NCBI GenBank assembly: GCA_964483915.1
Contig: CAZADL010000002.1
Location: forward strand, 1 to 51,522
Direction of reading: 5' to 3'
Length of the DNA stretch: 51,522 nucleotides
DNA from: an uncultured Candidatus Saccharibacteria bacterium
GTDB taxonomy: Bacteria > Patescibacteriota > Minisyncoccia > UBA6257 > 2-01-FULL-56-20
The notes below the pieces were generated by a model. That model saw only the letters and a program-made list of their open reading frames with translations, was not told where the DNA came from and did not search any database. Positions 1 to 7,164 of this stretch are shown one piece after another. The translations under genes were made by a program, and so were the position numbers. How positions within the stretch are numbered: position 1 is the stretch's first letter; each line of letters begins with the position of its first letter.

Positions 1-16
1 GCGCCAAGAAACGGAG

Positions 17-403
17 CTAAGTCACTATGTTTTCGTAGTGACTAATCGTGTTTTCTCCGTCTTCATTAAGCGTCACGGCGATTAGATCTATTCTCCATCC
101 CCTACTGGTGTCAATAAATTCTTTGTGGAAACCAACAAATAACCGGCACGCGCGGCTTATTTTCTTAAGTTTATCCTTTGTCAAATTATCTTCCGGCATC
201 AAATCTGCTGCATTTCTTGCTTTTAACGTCTTTACCTCAATAAAAACAAGAACGCCCTCAAACGACCTTGCAATGATGTCAATTTCATCGAATTTCTCGC
301 GATAATTCTGGAATAGAATCTTATACCGCTTTTTAATGAGAAAACTGCAGGCAATGTCTTCGCCATTTTTTCCCGTAGCTTTATTATTGTTTGATCTTGT
401 CAT
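17..403 (-). CDS. YraN family (UPF0102) endonuclease-like protein
   Basis: The ORF-track protein shows the YraN pattern (GEDIACSFL.., EIDIIARS, LVFIEVKT). I moved the start to the internal ATG (reverse complement of 401-403, MTRSNNN...) because the 8 upstream codons lie inside a perfect palindrome. Confidence 0.75.
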   Translation of the reverse strand: MTRSNNNKATGKNGEDIACSFLIKKRYKILFQNYREKFDEIDIIARSFEGVLVFIEVKTLKARNAADLMPEDNLTKDKLKKISRACRLFVGFHKEFIDTSRGWRIDLIAVTLNEDGENTISHYENIVT

Positions 404-406
404 TTT

Positions 407-524
407 AATGTGTTTGTCGACAAACACATTTAATTCAGATTTAAATGTGTTTATCGCTAAACATATTTAATTCCTATTTAAATATGTTTGTCGCCAAACA
501 TTTTGATAAACAAAAATGTTTGTC
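407..524. promoter_or_regulatory. Phased array of 3 palindromes plus 1 half-site (putative operator or iteron array)
   Basis: A perfect 24-bp palindrome AATGTGTTTGTCGACAAACACATT lies at 407-430. Degenerate copies lie at 443-468 (AAATGTGTTTATCGCTAAACATATTT) and 480-504 (AAATATGTTTGTCGCCAAACATTTT). A half-site AAATGTTTGTC lies at 514-524. Centre spacing is about 36 bp, within the divergent yraN / dksA-like intergenic region. Confidence 0.5.
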
Positions 525-703
525 AGAACGAAAAATCAAGTAAAATGTGCATTATTGACTCATAATTTTTTTAATAAATTGATCCTGCAATCTAAAAAAT
601 CCGGCAAAATGATGATTCTTCAATTGCCACATTATTGCAGAATTGCCTGATCGAAGAATTTTGTCGAATTGACTTATGAGAAAAGTGGAAGATAATAATC
701 TGC

Positions 704-1036
704 ATGACAAAAGAAAAGGCGGAGGATTATAAAAAGAAACTTCAACACGAACGTCTGCTCATAGTCCGCGAGATCAAGGACCTTAGAAAACCGGTGGATC
801 TTGGCGCCGACATCGACCATGGCGACGAAAAAACCGACGAAGTTGAGGAACTCAGTAATCGTTTTGGAGAAGAAAACGACCTTAAAAAACGACTTGATGA
901 GGTTGATACGGCTCTCGAAAAGGTAGAAAGGGGAACTTATGGCGTTTGCGAATCATGCGGCCAAGAAATAGGGGAAGATATTCTTGATATAGATCCCGAG
1001 TCGAGCCTTTGCAGAGAATGTAAGATGAAGCGATAG
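704..1036 (+). CDS. TraR/DksA family C4-type zinc-finger protein
   Basis: An N-terminal coiled-coil-like region is followed by a C-terminal CxxC-x17-CxxC motif (GVCESCGQEIGEDILDIDPESSLCRECK). Confidence 0.75.
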   Translation: MTKEKAEDYKKKLQHERLLIVREIKDLRKPVDLGADIDHGDEKTDEVEELSNRFGEENDLKKRLDEVDTALEKVERGTYGVCESCGQEIGEDILDIDPESSLCRECKMKR

Positions 1037-1089
1037 TTTGCAAATATTCTTTAAGATTTTTTTAATGTCTCGTCTGGTAGAAATGAGGC

Positions 1090-2628
1090 ATGTCGGTGAA
1101 AAGTATCGCAAAAGTATATTCAGCGGAGCTTGAGGGCATCAACGCAAAGCTCATTGAAGTAGAAGTTGACATCAACGCCGGCCTGCACGCGTTTAACATT
1201 GTCGGCCTTGCCGATAAGGCGCTCAACGAAGCGAAGGATCGGGTAAATTCCGCGCTCAAAAATTCCGGCATCAAACCGCCGAACCGCGAGAATCGAAAAA
1301 TAACGGTCAATCTTGCGCCGGCAGACCTCAAAAAGAACGGTTCGCATTATGATCTCGCCATCGCGCTTGGATATCTCCTTGCGACAAAACAAATTGCCGA
1401 GTTTGATGCGCGCCATAAGATTTTTCTGGGAGAGCTCGCTCTCGACGGAAGATTGCGTCCGATAAACGGCGCATTAAATATTGCGCAGATGGCGGTCGAA
1501 TCAGGATTTCGTGAACTTTTTCTTCCTGAACAAAGCGCGAACGAGGCGGCGGCGATAGAAAATGTTGTCGTTGTTCCGATAGGTTGCCTCCAAGAAGCAA
1601 TTGATATTTTAGAAGAAAAAATTTCAGCTGCGCCATTTCGATTCCGTCCTTTAAACAACGCGATAGTTTCTTATCCGAATTTTTCGGAAATAAAAAGCCA
1701 GGAGAATGCTAAGCGCGCGCTTATGATTGCCGCAGCCGGAGCGCACAATATTCTTATGATAGGCTCCCCAGGCGTCGGAAAAAGCCTGGTTGCGCAGGCC
1801 CTTGGCGGCATTCTTCCCGAACTTGAACGACGGGAGGCGATTGAAGTCACAAAGATCTGGAGCGCGGCAGGGCTGAGCCCCGGAGGCCTTATCATGAGCC
1901 GCCCGTTTCGTTCACCGCACCAAACTTCATCACAAATCGCCCTCATTGGCGGCGGGTCGGATCCGAAACCGGGCGAGATCAGTTTGGCCCATCGCGGCGT
2001 GCTTTTCCTCGATGAACTGCCCGAATTTCAACGTGCGACGCTCGATGCGCTCCGCCAGCCGATGGAAGCGGGAACCGTCCATATTGCCCGCGCGAGACAC
2101 AGCCTGGTGCTTCCCGCAAAGTTTATGCTCGTCGCGGCGATGAATCCCTGCCCGTGCGGCTACTACGGTGATTCTGACCGTGAATGCCGCTGCACTGCGC
2201 GCGAGGTTATAACCTATCAGAAAAAAATTTCCGGCCCGTTTCTGGATCGCATTGACCTGCAAATAAAAGTGAAAAAAATAGCCATTGGCGAATTGCGGGC
2301 TCGCGATGGGGACGCGACAGAGAGCGCAACGATAAAAACAAAAGTTATCGCCGCGCGCCGCGTCCAAGCCGAACGTTTCAAAAAAATATCGGGCGGAGAA
2401 AAACTGGCCACCAACGCCGACCTCAGCGCGCGGCAGATCGAGCGCGTCGCAAACTTTGACGCCTCGGCTGAAAAATTTTTAGAAACGCTCGGCAGATCGT
2501 TTCTCACGCCGCGCGGCTATTATCGAATGCTGAAGGTTGCCCGAACTATCGCCGACATTGAAGGAGCAGAACGAGTGAGCGCCGACCATCTCGCTGAAGC
2601 GTTCAGCTATCGACTGAAAGAGGACTAG
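1090..2628 (+). CDS. comM: YifB/ComM family Mg-chelatase-like ATPase
   Basis: 512 aa. It has an N-terminal Lon-protease-like ChlI domain, Walker A GSPGVGKS, a VLFLDELPEF Walker B/arginine region, a CPCGYYG..CRC zinc motif and a C-terminal ...ADHLAEAFSYR typical of ComM/YifB. Confidence 0.9.
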   Translation: MSVKSIAKVYSAELEGINAKLIEVEVDINAGLHAFNIVGLADKALNEAKDRVNSALKNSGIKPPNRENRKITVNLAPADLKKNGSHYDLAIALGYLLATKQIAEFDARHKIFLGELALDGRLRPINGALNIAQMAVESGFRELFLPEQSANEAAAIENVVVVPIGCLQEAIDILEEKISAAPFRFRPLNNAIVSYPNFSEIKSQENAKRALMIAAAGAHNILMIGSPGVGKSLVAQALGGILPELERREAIEVTKIWSAAGLSPGGLIMSRPFRSPHQTSSQIALIGGGSDPKPGEISLAHRGVLFLDELPEFQRATLDALRQPMEAGTVHIARARHSLVLPAKFMLVAAMNPCPCGYYGDSDRECRCTAREVITYQKKISGPFLDRIDLQIKVKKIAIGELRARDGDATESATIKTKVIAARRVQAERFKKISGGEKLATNADLSARQIERVANFDASAEKFLETLGRSFLTPRGYYRMLKVARTIADIEGAERVSADHLAEAFSYRLKED

Positions 2629-2630
2629 AT

Positions 2631-2677
2631 CCTATCTCAAAAATCTCCAGCCCGCGATCGTTGATTTTTGAGACAGG
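2631..2677. repeat. Hairpin repeat, 'CTATCTCAAAAATC' family
   Basis: The sequence cctatctcaaaaatctccagccc...gatttttgagacagg has arms tctcaaaaatc / gatttttgaga. Related copies lie at 21611, 26939 and 28167. Confidence 0.45.
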
Positions 2678-2679
2678 CT

Positions 2680-3027
2680 CTAATCTTTTATCGCACCGAG
2701 GGTTGCGGAAAAGGTTGGTTTTGAATCCGATGCGTCGTTGCCGTCAAAAATAACCGCACCCGAAGAGAGGTTTTGTGTGTCTAAAAGCGCCGTGCCGTTT
2801 TCGGCGCCTTGTGCGGTGGCGATAAAGAGTTCCGCGTTTCGGCGGGCCGAGATCGTGTCTCCTGCTCCAGTTTTATTGGCAAAAACAAAAATTCCCGAAA
2901 ACAGTCCGCCAATCACTAAAAAAACAGCCACGACCAATGGACTGTTGTCTCTTTTCACTTTTTTAAAGATTGTGTTAATGCGTGTATAATACCAGAACAA
3001 TTGAAATCCGCAAATGAAGACCATCAA
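2680..3027 (-). CDS. Small membrane-anchored hypothetical protein (start uncertain)
   Basis: The ORF has one clear TM segment (LVVAVFLVIGGLFSGIFVFA). The annotated ATG would overlap the divergent helicase start, so an internal GTG (reverse complement of 2956-2958) is an alternative start. Confidence 0.35.
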   Translation of the reverse strand: MMVFICGFQLFWYYTRINTIFKKVKRDNSPLVVAVFLVIGGLFSGIFVFANKTGAGDTISARRNAELFIATAQGAENGTALLDTQNLSSGAVIFDGNDASDSKPTFSATLGAIKD

Positions 3028-4891
3028 GTCGTTTCGGTTGAATGAGGCTCAGGAAGGCGCGGTGCGTGCGCCCGCGGGCCCGCTTTTGATCGTCGCGGGA
3101 GCCGGAACGGGGAAAACGAGCACGCTCACAAACCGTGTGCTCCACTTAATAAAAGAGGGGGTTCTGGCTCGAAAGATCTGTGCAATCACTTTTACGAATA
3201 AAGCCGCGAACGAGATGGCCCATCGTTTGGCGTTAGGCGCTCGAAAGCCCTACGTCGGGACCTTCCACGCGCTCGGCGCGAAGATATTGAGAAAAGAATG
3301 CCGCTTTTTCGGCCGCACGCCGAACTTTACTATCTTCGACGATCATGACTCGTTTGATCTTATCAAAAAAGCGGCTAAGGGCGTCTCCCCAAAAAAACAA
3401 AATGACGACGAAGAAAAATCAAGGCTGGCGAAAAAAGAAGAATCGCCTGCTTTTTTCGCGCAAAAGATCTCGGAAATAAAAAATGACGTCTTCATGAAAG
3501 AGAACCGACAGACTCATATTTCACCAGAGAAAGAACATCGGATCAAAACTGTTGTGGGGATTTATGAAGCTGCCCTTGAGCGGAACAATGCTTTCGATTT
3601 CGACGACCTCATCCAAAAACCGGTTCTCTTGTTCAGAAAAGATCCTGTTGTGCTCAAAAAATATCAAGCAATGTTCGACGCTGTGCTCGTTGATGAATGG
3701 CAGGACGTGAGTCCGATGCAATATGAATTTGTAAAATTGCTTGCCGGCGGCCACCGGAATTTAACCGTCGTGGGAGACGACGAACAAACTATTTACACGT
3801 GGCGCTATGCAGACATTAAAACTTTCTTGAACTTTGACAAGGACTGGAAAGGCGCGTCGGTGCGTTTTCTTGAAGAAAATTACCGTTCGACCGCAACGAT
3901 CGTGAATGCCGCGCAAGCTGTTGTACAGAATAACCGTTTTCGCACGCCGAAGAAATTGTGGACGGCAAACCCAGAAGGGGAACCGGTCACGCTCTTTGAA
4001 GGATGGGGTGAAAACGAGGAGGCCATGTGGATTTCAGAGCAAATCGCTCATCGCCTCTCGACAAAGCTCGGGACAGGCGAATCGCTAATCGCTAACGAAT
4101 CCGTCGGAGTCCTCTACCGGACGAATGCGCAATCACGCGCTATTGAACAGGCGCTGATCCGCGAAAATATTCCGTATCGCATCTTTGGCGGGCTGAAATT
4201 TTACGAACGGCGGGAGGTAAAGGATGCGGTCGCCGCGCTCCGGTATGCCGCAAATCAAAAGGACGAATTGAGCAGGGAACGCCTGGAAAAAAATTTTTCG
4301 CGGAGAAAATTCGCCGATTTTCAAGAAGTGCTTACGGCGGCGAAAAAACCGACCCCCGCCGAAATAGTGAGCATGTTCCTCGAAACGTTCGGCTATTTTG
4401 ATTATCTTGACCAGAATTTCATAAACGCAGAAGAGCGGGCAGAAAATGTTTCCGAGCTTGCCGCGTTTGCGATGGAATTCAAAACGCTCGCCGAAATGCT
4501 CGAAAAAATATCTCTCGTTCAATCGACCGACGCGCCATCCGGCGGAACCGCAGAAAAGAAGATTGGGCGCGGAGACAAAGATACTCCCGTTGTGCATCTT
4601 TCAACCATCCATCTCGCAAAGGGCCTTGAATTTGACGCGGTGTTTATTGCCGGCGCCGCGGAAGGCGTCTTGCCCCATGTCCGGTCAATGGACACGGACG
4701 AAGCGCTTGAGGAAGAACGTCGCTTGATGTACGTCGCCATGACGCGCGCGCGAAAAAAACTATTCATCGGTTTTTCCGGCATGCCATCGCGATTCTTGAG
4801 CGAAATACCGGAGGAATATCTGCGCGTTGCAAGCCAAGAAGACAAGGGCGACGGAGGTGTTAACCAGGAACCGAGAGGGGGTTATTTCTAG
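3014..4891 (+). CDS. UvrD/PcrA/Rep family ATP-dependent DNA helicase
   Basis: It has Walker A AGAGTGKTS, the DEWQD motif (VDEWQDVSP), VGDDEQTIYTWRYA, YRTNAQSR, HLAKGLEFD and the YVAMTRARKKL motif VI. Confidence 0.85.
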   Translation: MKTIKSFRLNEAQEGAVRAPAGPLLIVAGAGTGKTSTLTNRVLHLIKEGVLARKICAITFTNKAANEMAHRLALGARKPYVGTFHALGAKILRKECRFFGRTPNFTIFDDHDSFDLIKKAAKGVSPKKQNDDEEKSRLAKKEESPAFFAQKISEIKNDVFMKENRQTHISPEKEHRIKTVVGIYEAALERNNAFDFDDLIQKPVLLFRKDPVVLKKYQAMFDAVLVDEWQDVSPMQYEFVKLLAGGHRNLTVVGDDEQTIYTWRYADIKTFLNFDKDWKGASVRFLEENYRSTATIVNAAQAVVQNNRFRTPKKLWTANPEGEPVTLFEGWGENEEAMWISEQIAHRLSTKLGTGESLIANESVGVLYRTNAQSRAIEQALIRENIPYRIFGGLKFYERREVKDAVAALRYAANQKDELSRERLEKNFSRRKFADFQEVLTAAKKPTPAEIVSMFLETFGYFDYLDQNFINAEERAENVSELAAFAMEFKTLAEMLEKISLVQSTDAPSGGTAEKKIGRGDKDTPVVHLSTIHLAKGLEFDAVFIAGAAEGVLPHVRSMDTDEALEEERRLMYVAMTRARKKLFIGFSGMPSRFLSEIPEEYLRVASQEDKGDGGVNQEPRGGYF

Positions 4892-4892
4892 A

Positions 4893-4990
4893 ACCCATCT
4901 CAAGGGTCACGCCCTACCTCCTTGATCATTCCGAGCTCCGCGAGGAACATCCTTCAATTTTCTCAGGATGACGCGAGAAGGTTTCGAGAT
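4893..4990. repeat. Intergenic hairpin repeat (GTCATTCCGAGC...CAGGATGAC family)
   Basis: The sequence gatcattccgagctccgcgaggaacatcc...ctcaggatgacg shares its termini with elements at 7050, 40279 and 50870. Confidence 0.45.
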
Positions 4991-4995
4991 GGATT

Positions 4996-6249
4996 TTAGG
5001 GGACAAGACTTGTGCCTGTCATAATGATCGTCTGTGTTCCTGCGGAATAGAGACCCAGCCACCACGATCCGACTGCAAATGTTTTTGTCGGAAAGAAAAG
5101 CGGCGAAGCCAAAAACGCCCACGGAACAAAAACAATGGTTGGAACGGGCGGTCCGATAGTCACATAGGATCCAAAGAGAAAGGGCATGGGGAAAATCGCC
5201 AAGACGGGACCTCCAAAAGGAACTTGCGCGTGTGCCACGGCCCCGAGGCCAAGAGTATCCCAGAGAAAAGAAAACGGATTGTTGGTTGGGGAGTTTTTTT
5301 GCGCCGACGCCAAGGCCCGCATAGTATCAACATACCAACCGTTCGCCTGTGATGCCGTTAGGGAAAATGACGCATAAAAATCGCCGAATTCTTTTTGGGA
5401 CGCAGCGCCAGAAGCGACCGCGAGTGCCTTATCCGCAAGGTCAACCGTTAGTTCTTCTGCGCCGATCGCTTTTTTGTTAAGGATGATCGCGTCGCCCGTT
5501 ACTTTTATCGACCTCATGAAAACAATTTCCGCGTTCGCGAATTTTTTTTGGATTATGATGGAGTTTTTTATCTCTGAGAAATTATTATCAGCAATGGCTT
5601 TCCCTGCGAGCGACGGAATGAAAAGCGGGATGCCGTTTTCGTCTTTGAGAACGGTGCTAAATTGATTGCCGTCAAAAACAATATCTTTATAGTGGTTGTT
5701 AAAAAAAATGATATATGCAAGGGACGACGAGGCGCCGGCGGCGTCAATGGTTAATTCGGCATCGGAAACGTCGGGCAACGGCAGTTGATTTATGTTGGCC
5801 GAACTATGGGGGGGCGGGTTCGTGGGCGCGGGGTTTGTGGTGACGCCCAAGAAGGTTGATGTCTCTTTATTATTGCCTGGCAACGCGCTACCATTGCCAG
5901 CCCCGCCGGACGCATTGTTTGTTTCTGAGTTTGGCAAGAAAACGTTGTCCTTTGGAGATCCGGCGAAGGCGCCGCCCGTGGTGGCGATGGGCGACGAGGA
6001 AATAATCGTCTCGCTCGGGCCGAAGGCGCCGATTGTGGATGATTGTCCGCCCGACGACGACTGACCCGCGGCGAGGAATTGTTGGTTTGCGGCGCCGGGG
6101 AGCAGGCCGGTTTGGTTCGCGCCCGCTTCCAGGGAAATATTATTGTTCGCGCGATAGGCAAAATGATAGACGGTAAATGCCGCGACGGCGATCATCGCGA
6201 AAGCTACGGCAGCTACCACAAATAAAGGAGTCAGCCCTTTTTGATTCAT
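4996..6249 (-). CDS. Membrane-anchored secreted hypothetical protein
   Basis: 417 aa. It has an N-terminal TM anchor, a Gly/Ser/Asn-rich linker and a hydrophobic Pro/Phe-rich C-terminus. The N-terminal ~60 aa is paralogous to the product of 19760-20983. Confidence 0.6.
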   Translation of the reverse strand: MNQKGLTPLFVVAAVAFAMIAVAAFTVYHFAYRANNNISLEAGANQTGLLPGAANQQFLAAGQSSSGGQSSTIGAFGPSETIISSSPIATTGGAFAGSPKDNVFLPNSETNNASGGAGNGSALPGNNKETSTFLGVTTNPAPTNPPPHSSANINQLPLPDVSDAELTIDAAGASSSLAYIIFFNNHYKDIVFDGNQFSTVLKDENGIPLFIPSLAGKAIADNNFSEIKNSIIIQKKFANAEIVFMRSIKVTGDAIILNKKAIGAEELTVDLADKALAVASGAASQKEFGDFYASFSLTASQANGWYVDTMRALASAQKNSPTNNPFSFLWDTLGLGAVAHAQVPFGGPVLAIFPMPFLFGSYVTIGPPVPTIVFVPWAFLASPLFFPTKTFAVGSWWLGLYSAGTQTIIMTGTSLVP

Positions 6250-6266
6250 GATAATATCAGTATACC

Positions 6267-7046
6267 ATGCAGAAGCTTGGCCAACATTTTCTGAAAAATA
6301 AATTTGCCCTACGGCTCATCGCGGAATCTCTCGATCTCGCGCCGGACGATGTCGTGATTGAGATCGGTCCCGGCCACGGTGAGCTGACGGAATTCCTGCG
6401 AAGCGCGCATTGCAAATCGCAAATCATCCTTGTTGAAAAAGATAAAAAACTTTCCGACCTTTTAAAAGAAAAATTTGCCGGCGACAGCCGCATAACGGTT
6501 ATGGAGGGAGATGCACGAAGGATGCTCGCGGAGACTGGTCGCAAGTCGCTCATCGCAAATCACAATTACAAAATTGTCGGTAACATTCCGTATTACATCA
6601 CCGGCCATCTTTTGAGAATTCTTGGCGAGCTTGGCCATAAACCAAGCCGGTGCGTTTTCACGATTCAGAAAGAGGTTGCGGAACGGGTTTGCGCCGCGCC
6701 GCCGCGCATGAACCGCCTCGCGGCGAGTGTTCAATTTTGGGCGAACGTAAAAATAATAAAAACGCTTCCTGCAAGTGATTTTATTCCTCCACCAAAAGTC
6801 TCTTCGGCGATCGTTGCTTTGGAAACGATCAGACCGACAAAATCCAATACTCAAGAATACTATGCTGCCGTTCGGGCTCTTTTTACCCAGCCGCGGAAGA
6901 CCGTTGTGAACAATCTTGCGGTGGCGATCGGGAAAAAGAAGGATGTGGTGGCGGAAAAATTATCTATCGTCGGCATACATCCAGGCGGTCGGGCGCAAAA
7001 CCTCGGCGTTGATGACGTCATAACTGTCGCAAAGACGTTTTTCTGA
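6267..7046 (+). CDS. rsmA: 16S rRNA (adenine1518/1519-N6)-dimethyltransferase RsmA/KsgA
   Basis: It has the LGQHFL opening, SAM motif VIEIGPGHGELT, the GNIPYYIT motif and a FxPPPKVxS motif. Confidence 0.9.
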   Translation: MQKLGQHFLKNKFALRLIAESLDLAPDDVVIEIGPGHGELTEFLRSAHCKSQIILVEKDKKLSDLLKEKFAGDSRITVMEGDARRMLAETGRKSLIANHNYKIVGNIPYYITGHLLRILGELGHKPSRCVFTIQKEVAERVCAAPPRMNRLAASVQFWANVKIIKTLPASDFIPPPKVSSAIVALETIRPTKSNTQEYYAAVRALFTQPRKTVVNNLAVAIGKKKDVVAEKLSIVGIHPGGRAQNLGVDDVITVAKTFF

Positions 7047-7049
7047 CTT

Positions 7050-7117
7050 GTCATTCCGTGCCGCGGCACGGAATCCAGATTTTTATTCCTGGATCCCGTT
7101 TTTCAGCAGGATGACAG
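7050..7117. repeat. Nested-hairpin repeat (GTCATTCCG...GGAATCC...GGATGAC family)
   Basis: The sequence is gtcattccgtgccgcggcacggaatccagatttttattcctggatcc...caggatgacag. It contains the internal palindrome attccgtgcc-gc-ggcacggaat. Confidence 0.6.
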
Positions 7118-7164
7118 AAAAACCAAAGTCATCCACATGTACTTGACTTTCCATTTGCGGTACA

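Noticed and set aside
407-524. The possibility that the periodic palindromes are a small CRISPR array.
   Set aside because: There are only 3-4 degenerate copies, spacers of just ~10-12 nt, palindromes that are full inverted repeats with diverging sequence, and no cas genes in the window.
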